Source: Rhizobium sp. Q54 (GTDB taxonomy: Bacteria; Pseudomonadota; Alphaproteobacteria; SHVV01). From it: DNA of 50,071 bases. Positions 25,968 to 35,081 of the stretch are shown here, in pieces (the stretch's first letter is position 1; each line of letters begins with the position of its first letter). The notes beneath the pieces were generated by a model that worked only from the letters and a program-made list of their open reading frames with translations, was not told the origin of the DNA and did not search any database. Where the stretch lies: contig CAMDOQ010000001.1 of NCBI GenBank assembly GCA_945903685.1, positions 1 to 50,071 of the forward strand, given 5' to 3'. Made by a program: the position numbers and the translations under genes.

Positions 25968-28232
25968 CTAGCGACCGCGGAGGTGCCGGCGCACGTCGTC
26001 GGGACGGATCGGGAGTCGGGTGATGGCGCCCGGATTCCCAAGCGCATCGTCGACCGCGGACGCGATCGCAGCGCCGGCCGCGCTGATACCGCCCTCGCCG
26101 GCGCCCTTGACGCCGAGCGGATTGATCGGGCTGGGCGCGTCCTCGAGCACCAGCGTTTCGATCGGCGGAATCTCGAGAGCGGTCGGAACGAGGTAGTCGA
26201 CGAAGCTCGCGGCCAGTGGCTGACCGGCGTCGTCCCATACGAACGCCTCGTAGAGAGCGCCGCCGATCCCTTGCGCCGCGCCGCCGACGAGCTGGCCCTC
26301 GACCAGCGTCGGGTTGACGGCACGGCCGACGTCGTAGGCGACGAAGAAGCGCTCGATCGCGACCGCACCCGTCTCGGCGTCGATCCGAACGACGGCGGCG
26401 TGGAGTCCGTAGGGGTAGCTCATGTGGCTCGACTCGAAGCGCGCCTCGACTTCGAGCGGGGCGGCGAGCGTGCGCGCCAGTTCAGCGAGCGTGATATCCG
26501 GTCCGGCGGGGTTGTCGGCTTGGCCGATCCGCCCGTCGACCAGCGCAAGTTCGTCCGGGCGGCGCTGGAGTAGCGGGGCCGCTGCCGCGCAGATCTTTTT
26601 TGCGAGCGCCGGGGCGGCGAGGCTTACCGCCGAGCCGGTCATGACGGTGACGCGCGAGGCGTACGCGCCCAGGCCTTCGTCGATCAGGTCGGTCTGGCCG
26701 TGGCGCACGCGGAACGCGGCGATCGGGACATTGAGTTTCTCGGCTGCGATCTGCGAGAGCACGGTGTCGATTCCTTGCCCGAGCGAGGCCGAGCCGCATA
26801 CGACCTCAATCGTACCGTCCGGCGTCAGCGACATCTTCACTTTGTCGGACGGCCCAAGGCCGCTTTTCTCGACGAAGAAGCCGAGGCCGAGCCCGACCAT
26901 TTCGCCGCTGGCGCGGCGCTCGGCGAGGCTCCGCTTGAGGTCGGGAAGCCGAAACGTGGCGAGCGCCTTGTCCATGAACGCGGGATAGTTGCCCGAGTCG
27001 TAGACGATCTCGGTGCCGAGCGTGTCGAGCCCGCGCTTGAACGGCATCCGCTCGGGCCCGATCAGATTGACGCGCCTGACCTCGATCGGATCGAGTTTGA
27101 GCGCCGCAGCGATCGCATCGATCGCGCGCTCGCGCACGAACGAGCCTTCGAACCGTCCCGGTGCGCGGTAGGTGCCGGCCGGGGTTTTGTTGGTGAGCCT
27201 CACGTGGCCGATAGCGCGGAACGCGGGGATGACATAGGGCCCCGGCATCATCGCCGCCGTCAGGTCGATTACGGTGACGCCGTGCGAGCGGATATAGCCG
27301 CCCTGCTCGACCCAGAATTCGGCATCGAGGCCACGGATGAAACCCCGTTCGTCGAACGCGACCCGGACGCGATGGCGCTGTCCGCGCGACTGGTTGGCGG
27401 CGATCAGGTGCTCGCGCCGATCTTCGATCCACTTGATCGGTCGGTTGAGTCTGAGCGCGCCCAAGCAAACCAGCACGTCCTCCGGATAAATTTCACCGCG
27501 AATGCCGAAGCCGCCGCCGACGTGCCCTTCGTGGAGATGGATACGGTCGAGCGCCAGCCCCAGCATCGTCGCCAAGGCGCGCTGATTCTGATGCGGCACC
27601 TTGGCCGCACCCTCGAAGCGGAGGACCCCGGAGGAATCGATGTGGGCCAACGCGCCCCGCGTTTCGATCGGGACGCCGCTCTGGCGGGCGATCGCGAGGC
27701 CGAGCTCGAGCACGCGGGCGCCGCCGCCGAAGGCGGCCGCGAGATCGCCGTACTCCTTCCGCACCACCGCGGCCTCGGCGACGAGGCCGGGCGCGAACGG
27801 TGGCGGCTCCAGGGTCGGGTCGAGGTAGGGCGCAAGCGGCTCGATGTCGGCGGTGACGAGATCCTCCGCGTCCTCGGCGACATAAGGGTCGTCCGCAAAA
27901 ACGACCGCAATCGGTTCGCCGACATAGCGGACGATCCCTTGGGCAAGGATCGGCTGACGAAACGGCTCGAGCCCGGAAATCCGCATCATCCGGAACGAGA
28001 TCGGGGGAACGTCGGCAACGTCCGTCCCGGTCCAAACCGTGACCACGCCGGGCAGCCGCTTTGCCGCCACGGCGTCGATCGCGCGGACGTGCCCATGGGC
28101 CACGGCCGAGCGCACGATCCGCATGTGGAGCTGTCCGGGGTGGTCGATGTCGGCGGCGAAACGCCCGCGGCCCGTGAGCAGCGGCCGGTCCTCGACGCGC
28201 CGAATGCGCTGGCCGATCACGGGCTCGCTCAT
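25968..28232 (-). CDS. Xanthine dehydrogenase/CoxL-family molybdopterin-binding subunit, paralog 2
   Basis: ATG 28232 overlaps the FeS-subunit stop in an ATGA coupling. The sequence starts MSEPVIGQRIRRVEDRPLLTGRGRFAADI, has the active-site loop region TYRAPGR (not the form I CODH VAYRCSFR), and has C-terminal GVKGAGEGG. The track ORF extends to 28577 as Arg-rich noise. Confidence 0.85.
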   Translation of the reverse strand: MSEPVIGQRIRRVEDRPLLTGRGRFAADIDHPGQLHMRIVRSAVAHGHVRAIDAVAAKRLPGVVTVWTGTDVADVPPISFRMMRISGLEPFRQPILAQGIVRYVGEPIAVVFADDPYVAEDAEDLVTADIEPLAPYLDPTLEPPPFAPGLVAEAAVVRKEYGDLAAAFGGGARVLELGLAIARQSGVPIETRGALAHIDSSGVLRFEGAAKVPHQNQRALATMLGLALDRIHLHEGHVGGGFGIRGEIYPEDVLVCLGALRLNRPIKWIEDRREHLIAANQSRGQRHRVRVAFDERGFIRGLDAEFWVEQGGYIRSHGVTVIDLTAAMMPGPYVIPAFRAIGHVRLTNKTPAGTYRAPGRFEGSFVRERAIDAIAAALKLDPIEVRRVNLIGPERMPFKRGLDTLGTEIVYDSGNYPAFMDKALATFRLPDLKRSLAERRASGEMVGLGLGFFVEKSGLGPSDKVKMSLTPDGTIEVVCGSASLGQGIDTVLSQIAAEKLNVPIAAFRVRHGQTDLIDEGLGAYASRVTVMTGSAVSLAAPALAKKICAAAAPLLQRRPDELALVDGRIGQADNPAGPDITLAELARTLAAPLEVEARFESSHMSYPYGLHAAVVRIDAETGAVAIERFFVAYDVGRAVNPTLVEGQLVGGAAQGIGGALYEAFVWDDAGQPLAASFVDYLVPTALEIPPIETLVLEDAPSPINPLGVKGAGEGGISAAGAAIASAVDDALGNPGAITRLPIRPDDVRRHLRGR

Positions 28233-28702
28233 CGCATTTTTTCGGCCGCCGCCTGCACCGCGATCACAATGTTGTGGTAGCCGGTGCAGCGGCACAAATT
28301 GGAGGCGAGCGCGTGGCGGAGGTCGTCGGCCCCGATCCGCGGATTGTCCTCGAGAATCGCCGTCGCCAGCATCAGGAACCCCGGCGTGCAGAAGCCGCAC
28401 TGCAACGCGTGGTGGTCGTGGAACGCCTGCTGCACCGGGCTGAGGCGTTCGCCGTCGGCGAGGCCTTCGACAGTACGGATGTGGCTGCCCTCGGCCTGGA
28501 CCGCGAACATCAGGCACGAGCGTACCGCGTGGCCGTCGACGATGACGGTGCAGGCACCGCAGACGCCGTGCTCGCACCCCAAGTGCGTGCCCGTCAAGCC
28601 GCAGTCGGTGCGAATGGCATCGGCCAACGTGCGGCGCGGCTCGACTTCGATCCGATAGTCGCGCGCGTTGACGCGGAGGGTCACAGCGATCTTGTCGGTC
28701 AT
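28229..28702 (-). CDS. [2Fe-2S]-binding small subunit of a molybdenum hydroxylase (CoxS-like)
   Basis: CEHGVCGACTVIVDG and QCGFCTPGFLM...NLCRCTGY are the two canonical 2Fe-2S cysteine clusters. The length is 157 aa. Confidence 0.9.
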   Translation of the reverse strand: MTDKIAVTLRVNARDYRIEVEPRRTLADAIRTDCGLTGTHLGCEHGVCGACTVIVDGHAVRSCLMFAVQAEGSHIRTVEGLADGERLSPVQQAFHDHHALQCGFCTPGFLMLATAILEDNPRIGADDLRHALASNLCRCTGYHNIVIAVQAAAEKMR

Positions 28703-31014
28703 CGTTTCTTCCCGGTAGCTGCGCGGATCAACGCCCGCAGGCGTTGCGGCGCGATCGGCATTTCGTAGACAGCGACGCCCAGCGATTCGACCGCGTCGGC
28801 GACCGCATTGATCACCGCGGCCGGGGCGCCGATCGCCCCACCCTCGCCGACGCCCTTGGCGCCGGTGATCGAGGCGTCGGTGATGGTCTCGAGGTGGTGG
28901 ATCTCGATCGGCGGAATTTCGGCCGCGGTCGGCACCGCATAGTCCATGAGCGACGTGGTGAGGATGTTCCCGGCTTGATCGTAGAGGATCTCCTCGAAAA
29001 GCGCGTTGGCGATGCCCTGAACGATCCCGCCCCGCACTTGGCCGTCGACAATGGTCGGGTTGACGAGACGGCCGGCATCCTCGACTGCGAGGAAGCGCTC
29101 GAGACGGACGCCGCCGGTCTCGACATCGACCTCGACGATCGCGACGTGGCAGGCGTTCGAGTAGGTCCCATCTGGGTCGTAGGTCGCGCGCGCCGACAAA
29201 CCGATATCAGGCTGGTCCTTGAACTGGTGGGCCTGGTGATAGGCGGCGCGGGCGAGCTCGGCGATCGGGATCGAAGCCGGGCCGCCGGCGAGCGCGGCGC
29301 GGCCATCGGCGAGCTCGACCTTACCGGCCTCGGTCTGCAACAACGTCGCAGCCACTGCACGCAGCCGGACTGCGAGCTTCGCGGCGGCGATCTTGCACGC
29401 GCCGCCGACGATGACGATGCCGCGGCTCGCGAACGTGCCCCAGCCGTAGGGCGTGCGGTCGGTATCGCCGTGGATCACACGGATCGTGTCGGGGGCGACC
29501 CCCAGTTCGTCGGCGATGATCTGGGCGAGCGTGGTCGCGAGCCCCTGGCCGTGCGGCGAGGCGCCGATGCGGGCTTCGACGAAGCCCGATGGGTCCATCG
29601 CCACCTCGACGGTTTCATAGCCGAGCGTCACGTCCATCATGCGGGGTGCGAACGCCGGCGTGCCGTAGCCGGTGCGCTCGTTGAATGTCGCGAACCCGAT
29701 CCCGAGGTAGCGGCCCTCGGCCCGTGCTGCCATCTGGCGGGCGCGAAAGCCCGGGAGGTCGACCTTCTCGGCGGCGATCTCGAGCGCTTCGCGATAAGCG
29801 CCGGCGTCGTACTTGATCCCGGTCGCCGAGGTGTAGGGGAAAGTCGCAACCAGATTGCGCCGGCGAATCGCGACCGGATCGAGCCCGAGCTTGGCCGCAG
29901 CCGTATCCATCAGCCGCTCCATCGCGAGGGTAATCGCGGGCCGTGACACGCCGCGGTAGGGCGCCATGGGGCAGGTGTTGGTGGTGATGGCGCGGGCGCG
30001 TGCGGCGTAGGCCGGGAAATCGTACGGGCCTGGGAACTCCGCCATCGCCATCAACGGCTCGACGCCATGGGTCACCGGGAAGCACGAGTAAGCGCCGATG
30101 TTGCAAAGCAGGTCGACGTCGATCGCCAGGAGCTTGCCGTCGGCTGCGAACGCACCCTTGACCGTGTGCGCCTGATCGCGACTGTGGAACGACGCCATCA
30201 GGTTTTCGTGGCGGTCCTCGATCCAGGCGAACGATCCCTTGAGGCGCCGCGCGAGCCAGATCAAGACGACGTACTCGGGCGTCGGACACATCTTTTGGCC
30301 GAAGCCGCCGCCGACCGCCGGAGCGACAACTCGCAAGTCGTCTTCGCGCATGCCGAGGACGTCGGCGAGGCCGGTGCGCACGATGTGCGGCATCTGCGTC
30401 GAGACGGTGAGCGTGGTCCGACCCGTGGCCGGGTCGTAGTCGGCGCGTGCGCCGCGCGTTTCGAGCGGGAATGCGCTCTGTCGTCCTGACCTGATCGCGA
30501 TCGCGACCGTGTGCGCGGCGGTGGCAAACGCGGCCTCGACCGCTGGCGGCCGGATCTTGGCATCGACCACGGTGTTGGCGGGCGCGTGATCGTGGACCCG
30601 CGGTGCGTCCGCTTTGAGCGCGCTCACAAAGTCGGTGACGGCGGGCGTCGGTTCGAAACGTACGGCGACGCTGTCGACCGCGTCTTCCGCCGCTTCGGGT
30701 GTTTCGGCGATCACGGCGACCACCGGTTCGCCGACGAAGCGGACCCGGTCGGTGGGAAGAATCGGCTGCTCGATCGGGGTGAAGTCGGAGCGGTTGAGCC
30801 GAGGCCGGAACGGTTTGACGCCGATCAGGTCGGCGCCGGTGACGGCGCTGACGCCGTCCGGTATGTCGATCCGCGCGATGCGGCCGGCGGCGATTGGGCT
30901 GCGCACGAAGCGTACGGCGCGGGCGCCGATCGCGGCGTCGGCCATGAAGCGCGCGCGGCCGGTGAGAAGGGGCGCATCCTCGAACCGTTTGAGCGAGCGT
31001 CCAACCCAAGTCAT
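28699..31014 (-). CDS. Xanthine dehydrogenase/CoxL-family molybdopterin-binding subunit, paralog 1
   Basis: The sequence starts MTWVGRSLKRFEDAPLLTGRARFMADA, has the loop PYRGVSRP, and has C-terminal GAKGVGEGG. The length is 771 aa. Its stop overlaps the FeS-subunit start in an ATGA coupling at 28699-28702. Confidence 0.85.
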   Translation of the reverse strand: MTWVGRSLKRFEDAPLLTGRARFMADAAIGARAVRFVRSPIAAGRIARIDIPDGVSAVTGADLIGVKPFRPRLNRSDFTPIEQPILPTDRVRFVGEPVVAVIAETPEAAEDAVDSVAVRFEPTPAVTDFVSALKADAPRVHDHAPANTVVDAKIRPPAVEAAFATAAHTVAIAIRSGRQSAFPLETRGARADYDPATGRTTLTVSTQMPHIVRTGLADVLGMREDDLRVVAPAVGGGFGQKMCPTPEYVVLIWLARRLKGSFAWIEDRHENLMASFHSRDQAHTVKGAFAADGKLLAIDVDLLCNIGAYSCFPVTHGVEPLMAMAEFPGPYDFPAYAARARAITTNTCPMAPYRGVSRPAITLAMERLMDTAAAKLGLDPVAIRRRNLVATFPYTSATGIKYDAGAYREALEIAAEKVDLPGFRARQMAARAEGRYLGIGFATFNERTGYGTPAFAPRMMDVTLGYETVEVAMDPSGFVEARIGASPHGQGLATTLAQIIADELGVAPDTIRVIHGDTDRTPYGWGTFASRGIVIVGGACKIAAAKLAVRLRAVAATLLQTEAGKVELADGRAALAGGPASIPIAELARAAYHQAHQFKDQPDIGLSARATYDPDGTYSNACHVAIVEVDVETGGVRLERFLAVEDAGRLVNPTIVDGQVRGGIVQGIANALFEEILYDQAGNILTTSLMDYAVPTAAEIPPIEIHHLETITDASITGAKGVGEGGAIGAPAAVINAVADAVESLGVAVYEMPIAPQRLRALIRAATGKKR

Positions 31015-31024
31015 CGGCGGCCGC

Positions 31025-31882
31025 TCAAGCCCGGAGCGCGTGCGCCAGGGCCCGGCGCGTCATGGCACCGACCAAATCGCGGCGGTAATCGGCATCGGCG
31101 TGGATGTCGCTCATCGGATCGATCTCACGGGCGGCGATGTCGGCTGCCGCGGCGAAGGCGGCGGCGTCGGGGGCCTGGCCGACGAGCGCGCGTTCGGCAG
31201 CAGCGATCCGGAGCGGCCGGTCGGCGCCGCCGCCGATCCCGATCTTGGCTTCGGCGATACGGCCGCCCTCGATCCGGATCAGCGCCAGGCACATCGCCAA
31301 CGCGAAGTCGCCGGCGCGGCGGCTGAACTCGGCGAAGCCGCCGTGCCAACCGGCGCCCGGAAGCGGGATCCTTATCTCGCTCACGATCTCGTCGGACCGG
31401 AGCGCGGTCGTGAATACGCCCTGGAAATAGTCGGCCGCCGGCACGCGGCGCTCGGCCTTGGGTCCGGTTAGCACGATCTCGGCATCGAGGGTGCGCGCGA
31501 CCAGGCACCATTCGGACGCCGGGTCGGCATGGGCAAGGCTTCCCGCGAAGGTGCCGCGGGAACGGATGGGCAAGTGGGCGATGTGACGGGCCACATAGGG
31601 TAAGAGCCCGCCCAAGACACCCTCGACCAGCGGACGCTCGAACCGGGCGTGGCGGGCGAGTGCGCCGATCCGGAGCGTCCCGCCCTCGCTGTTGACGAAA
31701 TCGAGGCTGGCGATCCGGTTGATGTCGACCAGCGCTGCTGGCCGAGCCAGGCGGAAATTCATCGCCGCGACTAGGCTTTGTCCGCCGGCCAGTACCTTGG
31801 CATCGTCGCCGAGTTCGGTCAGCAGCCGAACGGCGTCGGCGAGCGAGCGCGGCGCGTGATACGCAAACGGAGCGGGTTTCAT
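31025..31882 (-). CDS. FAD-binding medium subunit of a molybdenum hydroxylase (CoxM-like)
   Basis: MKPAPFAYHAPRSLADAVRLL...KVLAGGQSLVAAMNFRLARP and the RSRGTFAGSLAHADP motif are typical of the FAD_binding_5/CO_deh_flav_C family. Confidence 0.85.
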   Translation of the reverse strand: MKPAPFAYHAPRSLADAVRLLTELGDDAKVLAGGQSLVAAMNFRLARPAALVDINRIASLDFVNSEGGTLRIGALARHARFERPLVEGVLGGLLPYVARHIAHLPIRSRGTFAGSLAHADPASEWCLVARTLDAEIVLTGPKAERRVPAADYFQGVFTTALRSDEIVSEIRIPLPGAGWHGGFAEFSRRAGDFALAMCLALIRIEGGRIAEAKIGIGGGADRPLRIAAAERALVGQAPDAAAFAAAADIAAREIDPMSDIHADADYRRDLVGAMTRRALAHALRA

Positions 31883-31948
31883 GACAGGATGGCTTACGTC
31901 GAGGTCGAATCGCCGCTAAATTAAGCACAGAAGCAGCGGGGGAGATAC

Positions 31949-32326
31949 ATGAAGGGTAAACTCGATCGAGTTGCCGTATTCGATTCGGGTGATCGCTGCC
32001 CGGAGCTACCACTGGTCGAAGGCGCTGGGGTCGCGCGCGCAGTGGTGTGGCCGGGCGTCGGCGCCAATATCCGCTCGATGCACCGGATCAAGCTCGCCGC
32101 CGGGGCCCAGACGGTGGAACAGAAGCACCCTGGCGAAGCGGTTTACTTCGTGCTGTCGGGAGCCGGCGACGTGCGCGAAGGGCGCGCCCAACAGACGCTG
32201 ATCGAGGGCTCGATGGTCCATGTCGAGCCGGGTACCCGTTACCGCTTCAAGGCGGGCGCCAAGGGAATCGATTTGGTGGGCGGACCGTGCCCGCCCGATC
32301 CCTCGCTCTATGACCAACTCAAGTAG
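31949..32326 (+). CDS. Cupin domain protein (metal motif apparently degenerate)
   Basis: The 125-aa protein follows Shine-Dalgarno GGGGGAG. The cupin-like core is QKHPGEAVYFVLSGAGDV...GSMVHVEPGTRYRF. The H-x-H-x3-E position reads Q-K-H-P-G-E. Confidence 0.6.
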   Translation: MKGKLDRVAVFDSGDRCPELPLVEGAGVARAVVWPGVGANIRSMHRIKLAAGAQTVEQKHPGEAVYFVLSGAGDVREGRAQQTLIEGSMVHVEPGTRYRFKAGAKGIDLVGGPCPPDPSLYDQLK

Positions 32327-32336
32327 GAGTTAGGCG

Positions 32337-32717
32337 ATGGCGATCCGCGTTTTTCACCGTGACGACCCGGGTATCCGGTTGCCGCTGATATCCAAGGATG
32401 CCCGCTTGATCGTGTGGCCGGGGGTCGGCGCCGAAACCGCCAACATGAATTTCGTCAAGCTCGAGCCGGGCGAAGCCAACACCCCGCACATCCATAGCGA
32501 ATCCGAGGACACCATCTTTATCGTCGCTGGCAAGGGTTCGGTCACCGATTTCGACCACGACTTCAAGCTCGAATTCGAAGCCGGGCAGGCCGTGCACGTG
32601 CCGGTCGGGTTGAAGCACGCGGTCGCGGCCGATCGCGGGACGACCGTGGTCTCGGTCGGGGGCCCGAGCCCGGCCGATCGCGGCCTGCTGAAGGCGGTCG
32701 GCGCGCTCAAGGACTAG
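32337..32717 (+). CDS. Cupin domain protein (intact H-x-H-x3-E motif)
   Basis: The 126-aa protein has the cupin motif 1 PHIHSESEDTIFIVAGKG and motif 2 GQAVHVPVGLKHAV. It starts 10 nt after the first cupin gene. Confidence 0.7.
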   Translation: MAIRVFHRDDPGIRLPLISKDARLIVWPGVGAETANMNFVKLEPGEANTPHIHSESEDTIFIVAGKGSVTDFDHDFKLEFEAGQAVHVPVGLKHAVAADRGTTVVSVGGPSPADRGLLKAVGALKD

Positions 32718-32771
32718 GCGTCCCCGCGCGGTCGCGGGACATTTTTCAATCGCAGCGAAGGAGTTGGCGTT

Positions 32772-33635
32772 ATGCGTATGGTCGATTTGTCGCACACGAT
32801 GAGCATCCACACGCCGGGCTGGGTCGGCTTTTCGGGCAATAAGATGTGGTACGCCCAGAACCTGCAGACGGTTTCGATCGTCGCGCAGCGCATCGACACC
32901 GCAATGCACGTCGGTACCCACTTGGACGGCGCCATGCACGCGACCGACGGCCTGGTCGACGGGATGGGCGACATGGCCTCCTACGATCTCGACTATCTCG
33001 TCAACTGGGGCGCGATCGTCGATATCTCGGACAAGGTGAGCGACTGGGGCGTCATCACGCCCGACATGCTCGAGTCGGCCGATGTCGAGATCAAGAAGGG
33101 CGACATCCTGATCATCCATACCGGCTACCACCGGTTCTATCAGGGCCAGTCGAAGCAGGACTTGGTGCGCTATTTCTGCATGCACCCGGGCGGAAAGATG
33201 GAACTCCTGGAGTGGATGCTCGACAAGAAGATCAAGTGGTTCGGGATCGACGTCGGCTCGGGCGACCACCCGATGAACACCACCATCCGTTTCATGCGCA
33301 CCGACTTGCGCAAGCAGTTCGAAGAGCATGTCGGTATGGATGCGAGCGAGTTCTTTCCGCACTACCAGTACCGCCACAAGCTTTCGGGCCGTCTGGTCAA
33401 AAACAACATCTTCCCGTTCCACAACTACGCCTTCCAGGAAGGACTGATCCACGCCGAGAACGTCGGCGGCGACATCGAGAAGGCGCTCAACACCCGCGCC
33501 ATCATCGGTGCGTTCCCGTGGAAATTTGACGGGCTCGAATCGTGCCCGTGCCGAATCATCGCCTTTTACGACTCCGGCAAGACCGTCGAACTCGCCAAGC
33601 ACCTCAAAGGCTTGGCCCGAAAAAACCGGCGTTGA
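32772..33635 (+). CDS. Cyclase-family protein (kynurenine formamidase/arylformamidase-like, PF04199-type)
   Basis: MVDLSHTMSIHTP...AMHVGTHLDGAMHA matches the H-x-G-T-H-x-D-x-x-x-H metal motif of the putative-cyclase family. The length is 287 aa. Confidence 0.75.
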   Translation: MRMVDLSHTMSIHTPGWVGFSGNKMWYAQNLQTVSIVAQRIDTAMHVGTHLDGAMHATDGLVDGMGDMASYDLDYLVNWGAIVDISDKVSDWGVITPDMLESADVEIKKGDILIIHTGYHRFYQGQSKQDLVRYFCMHPGGKMELLEWMLDKKIKWFGIDVGSGDHPMNTTIRFMRTDLRKQFEEHVGMDASEFFPHYQYRHKLSGRLVKNNIFPFHNYAFQEGLIHAENVGGDIEKALNTRAIIGAFPWKFDGLESCPCRIIAFYDSGKTVELAKHLKGLARKNRR

Positions 33636-33664
33636 ACGCGGTTCCCCGATCGCGCTTAAAAAGG

Positions 33665-33703
33665 AAAAAGCCCCCGCCGGCGCCGTGCCGGAAGGGGCTT
33701 TCA
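33665..33703. terminator. Bidirectional hairpin between the cyclase-family gene and the cold-shock gene
   Basis: AAAGCCCC (33667-33674) pairs with GGGGCTTT (33694-33701), with an inner CCGG/CCGG pairing. A-rich and T-rich flanks lie on either side. Confidence 0.7.
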
Positions 33704-33749
33704 GTCGTTGCGGGGGCCGCGTTCGGGCGGCCGCCCGGATCTTAAGAGG

Positions 33750-33953
33750 TTAGCTGACCTTGAGATTGGTCGCTGCGGTCTTGCCGCGCTGAGTCTCGAG
33801 GTCGTACGTGACCTGTTGACCCTCGCGGAGCGTCGACAGCCCCGCGCGCTCGACCGCGCTGATATGGACGAAAACGTCCTTCGCACCGTCGCTCGGCTGG
33901 ACGAAACCGTAACCCTTCTGGGGGTTGAACCACTTTACCGTACCGCTTGCCAT
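33750..33953 (-). CDS. Cold-shock protein, CspA family (67 aa)
   Basis: [34 protein letters not shown] contains RNP1 (KGYGFV) and RNP2 (VFVHI). A 178-nt untranslated region lies upstream. Confidence 0.95.
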   Translation of the reverse strand: MASGTVKWFNPQKGYGFVQPSDGAKDVFVHISAVERAGLSTLREGQQVTYDLETQRGKTAATNLKVS

Positions 33954-34131
33954 CTTAATCTCCTTGGCAAATTGACGAAACGCGCACGTGCCCTAGGCGG
34001 CGTTCGCGAACAATGCGACTTTCCTAGTTGTCTTGAGAACGTGCCACGAAGGCTTGCAGCAAGGCAGCTGAAATTCGATTGTTGGCATATTAAATGAAGT
34101 CGCGCAGGTAAATGTCAAGTCCCAACTCGCC

Positions 34132-34977
34132 CTATCCGGCCAGGGGCGGCCAGCGCCCGGATTCGGCCGCAATCAGGAACGCGTCGACCAGCCGGTTGAA
34201 GGCCTCCGGCTCCTCGGAATTGATGGTATGGCCGGCGTTCGGGATCACCGCGAGCCCGGCGGAAGGGAGCGTTCGTTTGAGGTAGGGAGCGGCGTCCAGG
34301 CACGGCGCGTCTTCGTCGCCGGTGAGGACGAGCGTCGGTACCGCCATCGCCTTGAGCTCGGCCTCCATGTCCCAGAGCGAGGGCCGCAGCCGCTGGACGT
34401 TCAGCATGGTGAGGGCGCTGCCCTCGGCCGAGTGCTCGGCGAGCATCCGCACGAACGCGGCGTAGCCGCGCGGGTCCTTGGCGCGGTACTGGAGCCGCCC
34501 GGGATAGGTCGCGTACTTCGCCGCTGCTTCGGCGATGCCGGCGCGGAACATCTCGCCGACTTGCTGGGTGAAGGCCAGGAAATTTCCGCGCTCCGACGGC
34601 TTAGCGCCATAGCCGCACCCCGCCAGCACGAGCGAGCGGGCGCGCGCCGGGTAGGCGATCCCTAAATGCAGCGCGGCGAAGGCGCCCATCGAATGGCCGA
34701 CGATGTGGGCACGCTCGAGCTTGAGGTGGTCCATGACCGACTTGATGTCGTCGCGGGCGCGGGCTTGCGAATAGCGGGCGTCCTCGGTCGGCACGTCAGA
34801 CGGCGGATAGCCCCGGGCATTGAAGGCGATACAACGGTAGCGGCGCGTGAAAAAGCGGAGCTGCGGCTCCCAGGTGCGGAAGTCGCCCGCGAACTCGTGG
34901 ACGAACACGATCGGCTCGCCCCGGCCGGCCTCCTCGAAATAGAGGTTCACGCCGTCGTCGGTGGGGGCGTAGGGCAT
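34132..34977 (-). CDS. Alpha/beta-fold hydrolase
   Basis: The oxyanion region is IVFVHEFAG and the nucleophile elbow is GHSMGA. A C-terminal NAGHTIN supplies the catalytic His. The length is 281 aa. Confidence 0.85.
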   Translation of the reverse strand: MPYAPTDDGVNLYFEEAGRGEPIVFVHEFAGDFRTWEPQLRFFTRRYRCIAFNARGYPPSDVPTEDARYSQARARDDIKSVMDHLKLERAHIVGHSMGAFAALHLGIAYPARARSLVLAGCGYGAKPSERGNFLAFTQQVGEMFRAGIAEAAAKYATYPGRLQYRAKDPRGYAAFVRMLAEHSAEGSALTMLNVQRLRPSLWDMEAELKAMAVPTLVLTGDEDAPCLDAAPYLKRTLPSAGLAVIPNAGHTINSEEPEAFNRLVDAFLIAAESGRWPPLAG

Positions 34978-35081
34978 GGCGGGCCTCGGCGATAAAAAGA
35001 GCTTGTCGAGTGGGGTAGAGGCAGGACACGGTTATGCCTATCGCGGTTCGATACATAAGAGAAGGGGGAGGACCCGGCGTT

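Noticed and set aside
28229-31882. Aerobic CO dehydrogenase (coxMSL).
   Set aside because: Neither large subunit carries the form I active-site loop VAYRCSFR. The gene order differs from cox operons, and no coxDEFG accessory genes are present.
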